DNA of 64,000 nucleotides from Acidobacteriota bacterium (GTDB lineage Bacteria; Acidobacteriota; UBA6911; RPQK01; JAJDTT01), in NCBI GenBank assembly GCA_965217775.1, contig CBDCJH010000002.1, positions 4,064,001-4,128,000 on the forward strand, in the 5' to 3' direction. Made by a program: the position numbers and the translations under genes. The notes under the pieces were generated by a model that saw only the letters and a program-made list of their open reading frames with translations, searched no databases and was not told the origin of the DNA. Positions 55,383-64,000 of the stretch are shown here, piece after piece. Numbering within the stretch: the stretch's first letter is position 1; each line of letters begins with the position of its first letter.

Positions 55383-57005
55383 CCCGAAGGGTGGCACCTG
55401 GGCAGGTACGGAAAATACGGTCCCCTGACCCACGGTTTCGACGAGTTTCTGGGATTCCGGGACGGCATGATCGACGATTATTTCGACACCGCCCTGGAGC
55501 ACAACGGCCTTCCGGTGCGGATCAGCAACTACATCACCGACGCCTTGACCGACGCCGCCCTCCGTTTCGTCGAGTCCAACCGGAGCCGTCCCTTCTTCCT
55601 CTTCCTGTCCTACAACGCTCCCCACATTCCCAACCAGGTCCCCCTGAAGTACGAGCAGGAATACACCGAGAAGGGCCTGTCTCCGCACCTGGCCAAGGTT
55701 TACGGCATGATCACCTGCCTGGACGATGGGATCGGCCGTGTCCTGGAGGCCCTGGAAAAGCTGGGCCTGGAGGAAAACACGATCGTCGTGTTCCTGTCGG
55801 ACAACGGCCCCCAGATGGAGAGCAGCCGCCAGATGCAGCAATTCCGGTCCCGGGAGTGGCACCAGATGGACGCCATGTGGAAGGGGGCCGGCCGCTACAA
55901 CGCGAACCTGCGGGGAGAAAAGGCCACCGTCTATGAGGGAGGGATCCGTTCGCCGTTTTTCGCACGCTGGGTGGGCCAGCTCCCGGCGGGGAAGACTCTG
56001 GAGGTGGCGGCGTCCCATATCGACCTGCTTCCGACCCTTCTGGATCTCTGTGAAGTTCCGCTCCCGGAAGGGCCGGCATTGGACGGCCGGAGCCTGGCTC
56101 CGTTTCTTAACAGCCCGTGGCAAAAGTCATCACGGCATTCGACCGTCCCTGCATCCCGGCGGACGGCGTTGCTATCGGCTCACATACTCCCGGTATGCAC
56201 CCGAATCGCGCCTTGTCCGGCGGGCGCAGGAACGGTCTCGGTGCTCGCGGGACTTTCACCACGGACTGTTAAGGCAGGACGCGGGGATCCGCCGGACCGG
56301 ACCCTGTTCTTCTGGAGTGACGCACCGAAGACGGGGGTCGGCCCTCGTCTGGGCCTCAACCGCCGGAACTACGCGGTCCGAAGGGGGCCCTGGAAGCTGG
56401 TCGGCGGCCAGGAGTTGTTCGACCTGAGCCGCGATCCCTACGAGCAGAAGAATCTGGCGGAGCGCCAGCCCGGGAGGGTGAAAGAGCTTCAGGAAGCCTT
56501 CGACCGATGGTCGCAGGAGGTGGTCCCGAAGGAGGACCTGGTGCGGCTTCCCATCCCCGTCAGCGGCGAGGACACCCCGTCGATCATGTCGAATATGTTC
56601 CGGGGAGGGACCGTGATCGACATCGCCTGGGCCCGCCTGCACGGACAGGGCCTCCAATACGGATACGACAAGCTGATCCGGGACAAGATCACGGGCTGGG
56701 AGGACCCGAACGATTTCATCCGCTGGCACCTCGACGTCGGGCGTGCCGGGAGATACGAGGTGATCCTCCAATACGGCTGCGGGGTGGCCGACGCGGGCTC
56801 CCGGATCCGGATCGCCTCGGGAGATGCGCGTGTCGAGTTCGCGGTCGAGCCCACGTCGGCCGTGGACGTTTGGCGAACTCAGGGCGTCGGATTCCTGGAC
56901 CTCAAGCGGGGACTCTCGACGATGGAGATCCGGGTCCTTTCCAAGCCCGGGAAACGCGTGATGGACCTTCACGAGGTCCGGTTGAGGCGGGTCGGAGATA
57001 TCTAG
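55383..57005 (+). pseudogene. arylsulfatase, 5'-truncated, with in-frame MITE
   Basis: Begins at G.WHLG; GFDEF.G, PFFL..SYNAPH, SDNG, YEGGIR, DGRSL present; no CxPxR motif or start; C-terminal jelly-roll. Confidence 0.8.
56108..56271. mobile_element. MITE family A inserted in-frame in the sulfatase gene
   Basis: TA at 56108 and 56270 (162 apart); removal restores DGRSLAPFLKAGRGDPPDRTLFF. Confidence 0.92.
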
Positions 57006-57026
57006 CCAACACCTCGTAAGAAAAAG

Positions 57027-57097
57027 GAGGAGCGATTTCCAATCGCCCATTTCTCCATGCACTACCGGAGTTCGGCGGTTGGAAACCGCCGCTCCCA
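57027..57097. repeat. inverted GGAG-type REP pair between convergent genes
   Basis: GGAGCGATTTCCAATCGCCC and TCGGCGGTTGGAAACCGCCGCTCC. Confidence 0.65.
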
Positions 57098-57099
57098 TC

Positions 57100-58875
57100 T
57101 CACCAGTAGGCGATGGCCTCGGCCACTTCGCCCAGTCTCTTCCCGTCCCAGTCCACGTCGGCCAGGATCGGCAGGGAATGGGTCGAAAACTCCCGGGGAA
57201 AGCGGACCCGGACCACGACCTCCTTCGTCTCTCCCCCACCCAGGACCAGTTCCTTCTCCACAGGATCGATGGAAACGCCTTCCAGTGAGCGGAACCGCAC
57301 CCGGCAGGTTTTTTCATCCTCTGCGTGGTTCTTGACGTAGAGTCGAAAGTCCACGGCGTCGCCGGGGCGGATCCGGACCTTGTAGGGTCGGAACTCGATC
57401 CAGTGAGGGTCCATGGCCATGTCGGGATGGGGGGCTTGGACCACGCCGGTGAAGAGTGACTGCCAGCGGTCCATCCACTGGGTCCAGCGATCGATCCGGG
57501 TTTGTTCGAACTCCACTCCGCCGCCGTGTCCTGTCAGTATCACGTCCGGACGCCGCTCCGCGATCTTGCGCGGTATGGACCCATAGGCAGAAAGGGGGGT
57601 TCGATTCTTGGGAATGAAGGAATGGATGTAGTCCCGCTCTTCCCGGAAGCTGAGTCCCGAGATCGCGTCTCCGATGGCCAGGAAGCGGCGCCCGTCGACC
57701 TGGAACGTGATGTGGTGGTCGTACCAGGTCTGTCCCGGGAACTGCTCGATCCGGAAGTCGATCCCCCGCCAGTGGAAGCTTTCCCCACGGGCTACGACCC
57801 GGTCGACCCGCATCCCGTCCGGCACCATGCAGGGCATGTCGTAGCGCTCCGGGTGTTCGAGCAGCTCCTGCAGTTCCGGCGCGGCGGCCACCTTGGTGCC
57901 GTAGCGCGCTCGGAGCATGGGGTATCCGGCCAAGTGATCGTCGTGGAAGTGGGTCGGCAGGAAGTATTCCACCGTCTCGACTCCCAGCTCGCTGCGCAAC
58001 CGCGGGGTCAGGTGGTCGATGTAGCGGTGCGGGTTGGCCGTGATGGGTGCCCCCGAGACGTAGCCGCAGTCGATGAGAACCGCGTGGCCGGCGTCGTCCT
58101 TGACCACGTAGGAGTTGGCCATGGAGTTGACCTCGTAGACGTGGGGTGACAGGCGGCGGAACTCCACCTGGAACGGAGTGTAGGGCTGGTCTAAGAACAT
58201 CCCGTGGAGCTGGGCGAGCCGTTCGCTCAGTTCGTCGATGCGGGCTTCCTCCCGGGTGAAGGGCGCCCCATGCCCCGGCAGCATGAGATCCCACTCCAAT
58301 TCGGCGGCGTGGGCCAGGCTTTCGAGCTGGTTGACGTGCCCCTGGAAGTCCATGTAGCTCCATTGCAGCCAGTGGTAGTCGCCGAGGCGGCCCGGCGCCG
58401 CCATCAGGTCGCCGCAGGCCAGGACGCGCCGGCCGTCGATCTCGAAAAGGTACCCGGTGGCACCGAAGGTGTGGCCCGGCAGCGGCACCACCTCGAAGTG
58501 GATCCCCTGCCATTCGATGGTTTCGTAGTCTCGGGCGATCCTGGCTCCGCGCACGTCTTGCAAGGGGCCGTATCCCGGATAGTAGGCGGTGTAGTTGTCG
58601 TAGACGTAATACGCCGCCCGCTGCAGGTCCGCCTCCTGCAAGAAGTGCCGTTCGGCGGCGGGGATGTAGACCTCGGCGCCCTGCGCCTGCCAGTGGGCGG
58701 CCCCGGAACACTGGTCGCGGTGAAAATGGGTGAGCAGGATCCGGTCGACCGGTCCCACGGCCTGGGACCGCAGGTCGGTCCCGCAATCGATCAACAGAGT
58801 CCTGCCGCCCGCCCGGACGCCGTAGACGCTGCAGGTGTCCTCCACCTGGAACAGGTTTTCACTGAGATGATTCAC
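57100..58875 (-). CDS. tandem MBL-fold metallo-hydrolase
   Basis: GTG with GGGAGG RBS; two domains LIDCG..THFHRDQ..PGHT..GD..PGHG and LIDCG..THFHDDH..GD..GH. Confidence 0.88.
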   Translation of the reverse strand: MNHLSENLFQVEDTCSVYGVRAGGRTLLIDCGTDLRSQAVGPVDRILLTHFHRDQCSGAAHWQAQGAEVYIPAAERHFLQEADLQRAAYYVYDNYTAYYPGYGPLQDVRGARIARDYETIEWQGIHFEVVPLPGHTFGATGYLFEIDGRRVLACGDLMAAPGRLGDYHWLQWSYMDFQGHVNQLESLAHAAELEWDLMLPGHGAPFTREEARIDELSERLAQLHGMFLDQPYTPFQVEFRRLSPHVYEVNSMANSYVVKDDAGHAVLIDCGYVSGAPITANPHRYIDHLTPRLRSELGVETVEYFLPTHFHDDHLAGYPMLRARYGTKVAAAPELQELLEHPERYDMPCMVPDGMRVDRVVARGESFHWRGIDFRIEQFPGQTWYDHHITFQVDGRRFLAIGDAISGLSFREERDYIHSFIPKNRTPLSAYGSIPRKIAERRPDVILTGHGGGVEFEQTRIDRWTQWMDRWQSLFTGVVQAPHPDMAMDPHWIEFRPYKVRIRPGDAVDFRLYVKNHAEDEKTCRVRFRSLEGVSIDPVEKELVLGGGETKEVVVRVRFPREFSTHSLPILADVDWDGKRLGEVAEAIAYW

Positions 58876-58936
58876 GTCGACCTCCCAGGAGGGGGGACTT
58901 GTAGTCCCCCATAGGCGCGGGGACATCCCTGTCCCC

Positions 58937-60076
58937 TCAAGAATCGGCGGCTGGAAACCGCCGCTCCAATTCGGCGGCTGGAAACCGCCGCTCCGATTCG
59001 GCGGCTGGAAACCGCCGCTCCGATTCGGCGGTTGGAAACCGCCGCTCCAGGGCGGCGGTCAGCTCCGACCCATAGGCGAAGATCGCCGGCGTTCCGCCGG
59101 TGTGCATCAGCAGGAACGAGCGCCCCGGACCGCTGCTCCGGGCCCGGTGGATCAGGCCCGCCATGGTCTTGCCGGTGTAGACCGGATCCAGGATCAGGCC
59201 CTCCAGGCTGCCGGCCATCCGGAGGGCTTCCAGCGTGGGCGGGTTCAACCGCCCGTACCCCGGCGCCAGGAAATCGTCGATCACGCGGATGTCCTTGTCG
59301 GTCACCGGGTTTGCCGTTTCCAACAGCTCGGCGATCTCCCGGCAGCGGGCCCGGATCCGCTCCTTCTGCGGTCCGGCGTTCCGGCGCACGCAGACGCCGG
59401 TCACCCGCACGCGCGAGCCCAGCGCCCGCAGTCCGACCAGCAATCCGCCGTGGGTGTGGCCGCTCCCGGAGGGGACCACCACCTCGTCGATTGAGAGTTG
59501 CCGGGATACGGCCTGCTCCAACAACTCCTGGGCCGCCACCACGTATCCCAGGGCGCCCAGCGGCGGGTGTCCCGGGCCGAGGGGGATGATGTAGGGACGT
59601 CTTCCCTGCCCTTTCAGCTCCTCGGCGATCTCCGACACCCGGCGGTCCGCCCCCTCCTCGTCTTCGCCCTCGGGATAGGAATAGAGAGTCGCCCCCAGAA
59701 TCCGATCCAGCAGCACGTTCCCCGAGTTTCGATAGAGGGGGTCGTCCCTGGGGACTCGCTCTTCCAACTGAATATGACAGTCCATGCCCGACTTGCGGGC
59801 GGCCGCGGCGGCGAGACGGACGAAGTTGGATTGGACGGCGCCCGTGATCAGAATCGTGTCGGCGTCCTGGAGCCGGGCCTCGCCCAGGTAGAACTCCAGT
59901 TGGCGAACCTTGTTGCCGCCGAACGCCAGATCGGTGCAGTCGTCCCGCTTGACGTAGACTCCCGCCCCGCCCAACGCCTCGCCCAGGTTCGGCATCGCCT
60001 CCAAGGGGGTGGGCAGGCGGCAGAGCCTCAGCCGCGGAAACTCGCCCAAGGTTCCCAGCCCCGATTTTGCCGCCAT
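58937..60076 (-). CDS. D-cysteine desulfhydrase / ACC deaminase family PLP enzyme
   Basis: PTPL, KRDD, GGNKVR, QSN, SGSG.T, LDPVYTGK, HTGG. Confidence 0.9.
   Translation of the reverse strand: MAAKSGLGTLGEFPRLRLCRLPTPLEAMPNLGEALGGAGVYVKRDDCTDLAFGGNKVRQLEFYLGEARLQDADTILITGAVQSNFVRLAAAAARKSGMDCHIQLEERVPRDDPLYRNSGNVLLDRILGATLYSYPEGEDEEGADRRVSEIAEELKGQGRRPYIIPLGPGHPPLGALGYVVAAQELLEQAVSRQLSIDEVVVPSGSGHTHGGLLVGLRALGSRVRVTGVCVRRNAGPQKERIRARCREIAELLETANPVTDKDIRVIDDFLAPGYGRLNPPTLEALRMAGSLEGLILDPVYTGKTMAGLIHRARSSGPGRSFLLMHTGGTPAIFAYGSELTAALERRFPTAESERRFPAAESERRFPAAELERRFPAADS
58944..59048 (-). repeat. 4 x 27-bp tandem REP units inside the 3' end of a CDS
   Basis: TCGGCGG(C/T)TGGAAACCGCCGCTCC at 58944, 58971, 58998, 59025; encodes ERRFP.A(E/D)(S/L) x4. 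Confidence 0.9.
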
Positions 60077-60138
60077 ATGGAACTCCCTGAAATCAGAAAC
60101 GGAAAGAGGACAAGTACGCCGGAGAACTCGGCTCCCGG

Positions 60139-61239
60139 TCAGAGTTGCTCTTCAAACCACTTGGCCATCCAGTTGAAGTATTTCACCCGGAAGACGTGGC
60201 CGTCGTCGGGACGATGGACCTGAAACAGATGGGACCGGCCTGCTTCCCGGTAGACGGGCGAAACCAGATCCAATAGCTGATCCACGCCGGACGCGGCCAT
60301 GTCGGGGTCCCGCAGTGGCGCCAGAATCATCAACGGCCGGGGCGCGATGCAGTCCGCCACGATCTCGGGATGGTCGAAGTGACGGAGGAGTCCCGGGATG
60401 TAATGGCAGGAACTGTGCCGTTCCGGCTGCCCCTCGTGAATGTCGCGCGCCAGACTGCCCAGTCCCCCGCAGAGAATGGCCGCGGTCGCAATCGACGGGT
60501 CGCAGGCCATGGCCCACCAGGAAGCGTACGACCCCAGTGAGAATCCGGTGAGACCGACCCGGGCGGGGTCCACCTGCTCCTGGGCTCCCAGGACCCGGGC
60601 CGCCCGCAAGGCTTCCTCGGCCAGGATCCCCATCTGGGGACGCCCGTAGGGGGCCAGGAGCTTGGCTTCGGTCTCCCAATCCTCCAGCGCTCGGCGCCGG
60701 GACAGAGTCCCCTTCAAGGTGATGGAGAGGGTCGCAAAACCCCGTCTCGACAGCTCCCGGGCCCATCCCCGAAGCGGTCCCGTGTCCGGATGTTCCCGAT
60801 GAAACCGCTCCTCGGTCAATCGTCCGGCGTCGCCGCTGGTCCCCGGCATGCAGACGACTCCCGCCAGCGATCCGGCGCCGGCCCCGGCGGGAATGAGGAG
60901 GATTCCCGGAACCGTTTCCCCCAGGGAATTGACGAAACTCAGGGGCGTCCTCAGGAGTCCGTCTTCAGTCCGCATGGTCTCACCCATCGAGAACGGGATT
61001 TCCTTCGGGGGGATGGCATCCATCCCCATCAGTTCGATCACCTTGGAACGGACGGCCTCACCTCGGATGGGGTGTGGGAATGCGGGCCGGACGTCGGCGG
61101 GGACGACCGCCGAATCGGGCTCGTTTTTGGCAGGCGGACCGGTATTCACGAGGCCGAAAATGAAGGAGCCCGCCAGCAACGTGAGGGCGGTCCCCAGGCG
61201 GATGCGGGACGAACCGGGCAGTTTGAGTCGAATGGCCAT
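60139..61239 (-). CDS. alpha/beta hydrolase (dienelactone hydrolase-like), exported or anchored
   Basis: GFSLG nucleophile elbow, IAPRP...D, GH.F; N-terminal hydrophobic segment. Confidence 0.82.
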   Translation of the reverse strand: MAIRLKLPGSSRIRLGTALTLLAGSFIFGLVNTGPPAKNEPDSAVVPADVRPAFPHPIRGEAVRSKVIELMGMDAIPPKEIPFSMGETMRTEDGLLRTPLSFVNSLGETVPGILLIPAGAGAGSLAGVVCMPGTSGDAGRLTEERFHREHPDTGPLRGWARELSRRGFATLSITLKGTLSRRRALEDWETEAKLLAPYGRPQMGILAEEALRAARVLGAQEQVDPARVGLTGFSLGSYASWWAMACDPSIATAAILCGGLGSLARDIHEGQPERHSSCHYIPGLLRHFDHPEIVADCIAPRPLMILAPLRDPDMAASGVDQLLDLVSPVYREAGRSHLFQVHRPDDGHVFRVKYFNWMAKWFEEQL

Positions 61240-61444
61240 GAGAAAACCCCGCCGGGATCGAGTTTGGTCCGTTGATGCGAACCGGGCAAGTCTAGCTTCT
61301 CCCCGGCGGGCGAACAACTTGCCGGTAGGGGATTCTTAGTCCCGACTGCCCCACCGTCAACAACTACCGAAAGTTAACGTTCTTAGTCATTTTCCGGGTT
61401 CTTCGCCGAATCGGTAAAGTGGGTGTCATTGACCATCCCTCACC

Positions 61445-61900
61445 GTGGAGGCGATCTGGGAGGCCCACTTGGAGGCGGACCAATTCCTTACGGACGCTGG
61501 CGTAGATATCCGACAAGTCGAGGGAGATCGGGCGTACTACCGTCTGAGCGCCGATGAGATCGTCCTGCCGAAGTGGGAGCAGTTTTCCTCGGCTAACCAT
61601 TACTACCAGACGGCGCTTCACAAGATGGGACACGCCACGGAACACCCCGAGCGCATGAACCGCGAGTCGTTGATCGAGGGGCTCAAGGCGGGTTTTGGTT
61701 CCGAGGCCTATGCCCGCGAGGAGTTGCGGGCAGAAATCAGCGCCATGATGACGGGCGAGACATCAGGATCGGTCACGGCCCCAGCCGGGTCAACTATGCC
61801 GAGAGTTGGATCGAGGTCTTGGAAAAGGATACCCCGGAAATCCGCCGGGCGGCGGCCGATCAGCAGAAGATCTCCGACTGCGTTCTAGTTCGGAACCGGC
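61445..61900 (+). pseudogene. ardC: ArdC-type zincin (MPTase) domain remnant
   Basis: GDRAYY...DEI.LP..QF, ALHKMGH (HEXXH mutated), FGSEAYAREELRAE; frameshift near 61760; N-terminal domain absent. Confidence 0.75.
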
Positions 61901-62056
61901 AGCGGGCGGGACGGAGAGAGCAACAAGCCGCCAAGAGCGCTCCCTCTCGGACCCCACCGAATGCAGCCACCCTGCTACCGCGAGCCCGACCGAAGAAATC
62001 CTGGCAGGTCCATGGAGCGGATTTCTCGAGGGTCCGTCTCCCGCATTGCGGTATCC

Positions 62057-62644
62057 CTAAAGCCAACCCTTCTTTCTCCATTTGAGCAACGTGTCTCGAT
62101 CAACCCCCACCTTCCTTGCCACAGCGGCCCAACTCATGCCTTTGTCTCGGAGGGACACCACCAAAGCCTTCCTCTCGAGAGTGAACTTGGTCTTCCCGCG
62201 GCCGGGTTCCACCGGCGGCGATGCCAACTCCTCCAGAGTCAACTTCCGTCCAGATCGAATCCACCTTTGAAGGTGTGTGTTACACATCCCATGAGAGTCG
62301 TGATCCCGATCGCAACCGACGACGTCGCAGGTCCGATTGAGCATCGGATCCGCAAAGTGGAAATACCCTTTGGCCTTCCATGACCTCACCGTAGGCCAGC
62401 TCACGCCCAGATGTTTAGCGATCTGCTTCATGCTTAGACCGCGAGCATTGAGGGACTCCACGAGAACCTTTGTTTCCGGGTGCAGTCTCCCACGATTCGG
62501 CTTGAATGCCGCCAACTCCTCCAGAGTCATCGTCCATCCTGAACGGCGGAGCTTCGAGTAGTGGGAGATGCACAGACCCTTATATACCGCCTCCGATTCA
62601 CATCCACGGACAGCGCACTTGCACACTACTCCCCCCTTACACAT
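62057..62644 (-). CDS. protein with duplicated Cys/His zinc-finger-like + helix-turn-helix modules
   Basis: C-x4-C...G.C..H twice, TLEELA linker twice, HTH segments IAKHLGVSWPTVRSW and VARKVGVDRDTLLKW. Confidence 0.65.
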   Translation of the reverse strand: MCKGGVVCKCAVRGCESEAVYKGLCISHYSKLRRSGWTMTLEELAAFKPNRGRLHPETKVLVESLNARGLSMKQIAKHLGVSWPTVRSWKAKGYFHFADPMLNRTCDVVGCDRDHDSHGMCNTHLQRWIRSGRKLTLEELASPPVEPGRGKTKFTLERKALVVSLRDKGMSWAAVARKVGVDRDTLLKWRKKGWL

Positions 62645-62696
62645 CCGTCTGGAGGGTCGAAGTCGTTCGATCAGCGAGAAGAAAAGGATATGAGGC

Positions 62697-62729
62697 GGGA
62701 GGAGGCTGGCCAAATGGCCGCCTCCTCCC
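62697..62729 (-). terminator. GC-rich stem-loop downstream of the repeat-domain gene
   Basis: GGGAGGAGGCTGGCCA-AA-TGGCCGCCTCCTCCC with a T-rich tract following on the - strand. Confidence 0.5.
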
Positions 62730-62771
62730 ATCAGGCAAAGAGGGTGGTCCGCGTTCACTCCCCTGAGGCAA

Positions 62772-64000
62772 TCACCGCACAGGAACTACCGGGAGGGTGG
62801 TGAAGATCCGGTTGTTGAAATCCATCTCCAGGGCAACACCGGTGAACATGGACCCCGCCGGCGCGGTGCAGTGGACCGAGCCTTCGAAGTCGTCCGTATC
62901 GGCGTCCATGAAGATCTCGTTGATGAACATGGAACTCTGGCCGTTGCCGGCCAAGTCGATCGTCTCCTCGCCCATCCTCATCCTTTGGCCGTCTGCCATC
63001 AACCTGCATGTCACCGTCGTGGCTTCCGAATCGAGGTTGCGGATGGCGACGCCGGTGTTGATTCCGCCGGCCATGCGGCGGGCCGGGAAGATGGCCGCGT
63101 TGACGGCCTCGCTGGCCCCGACTCCGGCGACACCGATGTTCGGGCTGTCGAAGCGGAGGACTCCGCCGATGGGTCCGTCGGAGACGACTCTCACCGAGCC
63201 GCGCATGCCGTCGCCCATGCCACTGGTCGAGATCGTCATCTCGCCCATGGGCGGAATCTCGTCCATGACCATCAGAGCGCCGTCTTCGTCGACCTCGACA
63301 CCGTCCATCATCGCGTCTACGACCATATCGGCGTCGATCATGTTGCCGTCTCGATCGTAGAAGTAGATGACAGGATCCACGGCCGTGTTGGCTACGTTCA
63401 CGAACACCAAGTCGGACGTGATCGGCACACCGCCGAATTCACCGTTGGCGAAGTGTGCAAAGTTCAGCATCGACATTCCGTCGTCGGACACGACCGCATC
63501 GTAGGGCACCACCGGGAGGGTAGTGAAGATCTGGCCGCCAAAGAGATCCATCTCCACGGCCACGCCGGTGAACATCCCACCTTCGGGAGCCATGCAGCGC
63601 ACAGACCCAACGAAGGCGGTCGTATTCGAACCCGGAAACATCTGGTCAATGAACTCGGAACTGTGGCCGTTTCCGGCCAGGTCGACCATCTTCGCATCCA
63701 TCATCCTGCCGTCCTTCATCAGGTGACAGGTCACGATCATAGGCTCGGCACTGAGGTTGCGGACCGCCGCACCGGTGTTGATTCCGCCCTCTATCCGACG
63801 TGCGGGGAAGATGGCGTCGTTGACGGGCTTGCTGGCTCCCACGCCGGCAACGCCTATGGCTGGGATGTCGAAACGCAGCACACCGCCTATGCGGCCGCTG
63901 GCGAACACCCTCACCGACCCGACCACGAGCGAGCCTTCGCCGTTGGTCGAAATCGTGATTTCGCCTCGGCCCCGGATCCCCATGGGAACGGTCAGGGCGC
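62772..64000 (-). CDS. repeat-domain putative surface protein, 5' part outside the window
   Basis: Two copies of GSVRV..GGVLRFD.P.IGVAGVGAS..AIFPARR..GINTG..FTTLPVVP; LNFAHFANG domain start. Confidence 0.8.
   Translation of the reverse strand, partial: ALTVPMGIRGRGEITISTNGEGSLVVGSVRVFASGRIGGVLRFDIPAIGVAGVGASKPVNDAIFPARRIEGGINTGAAVRNLSAEPMIVTCHLMKDGRMMDAKMVDLAGNGHSSEFIDQMFPGSNTTAFVGSVRCMAPEGGMFTGVAVEMDLFGGQIFTTLPVVPYDAVVSDDGMSMLNFAHFANGEFGGVPITSDLVFVNVANTAVDPVIYFYDRDGNMIDADMVVDAMMDGVEVDEDGALMVMDEIPPMGEMTISTSGMGDGMRGSVRVVSDGPIGGVLRFDSPNIGVAGVGASEAVNAAIFPARRMAGGINTGVAIRNLDSEATTVTCRLMADGQRMRMGEETIDLAGNGQSSMFINEIFMDADTDDFEGSVHCTAPAGSMFTGVALEMDFNNRIFTTLPVVPVR

Noticed and set aside
58944-59048. 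27-bp repeats as a CRISPR array
   Set aside because: Units are separated by only 3 nt, there are no unique spacers or cas genes, and the same unit occurs singly as a REP.
1-64000. tRNA, rRNA, riboswitch or intact transposase/integrase
   Set aside because: None recognised by eye; a covariance-model scan would be needed to exclude small RNAs.

Overview
GC-rich bacterial window. The repeat-domain surface proteins suggest Acidobacteriota, possibly host- or sponge-associated; this is inference only. It has three parts. (1) 0.5-6.4 kb: RhaT-type symporter and a carbohydrate ABC transporter. (2) About 6.5-45.7 kb: a mosaic accessory region with HicBA and VapBC, a TonB receptor, an M60 peptidase, a broken Cu amine oxidase, a Menshen-like triad, a DUF499/DUF1156/SNF2 restriction-like system, a transglycosylase + nucleotidyltransferase pair, a HEPN-like gene, a fused kinase-regulator and several internal duplications. 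(3) 45.7-61.3 kb: a catabolic/hydrolase cluster, followed by mobile-element remnants. The main unexplained structure is a 24-32 bp hairpin, GGGAGAAGGGGACAGTTACCTTCTCTAC, seen at 11 loci between 7.6 and 42.2 kb, all in the same orientation. It repeatedly falls on duplication ends and gene-truncation points, which suggests a cassette-like capture or shuffling system. Also notable: a TA-targeting MITE that adds exactly 162 bp and sits in-frame in two genes, and three promoters sharing one phased TCAC-box geometry. No rRNA, tRNA, CRISPR array or intact recombinase was recognised. All calls come from reading motifs by eye, with no database searches.
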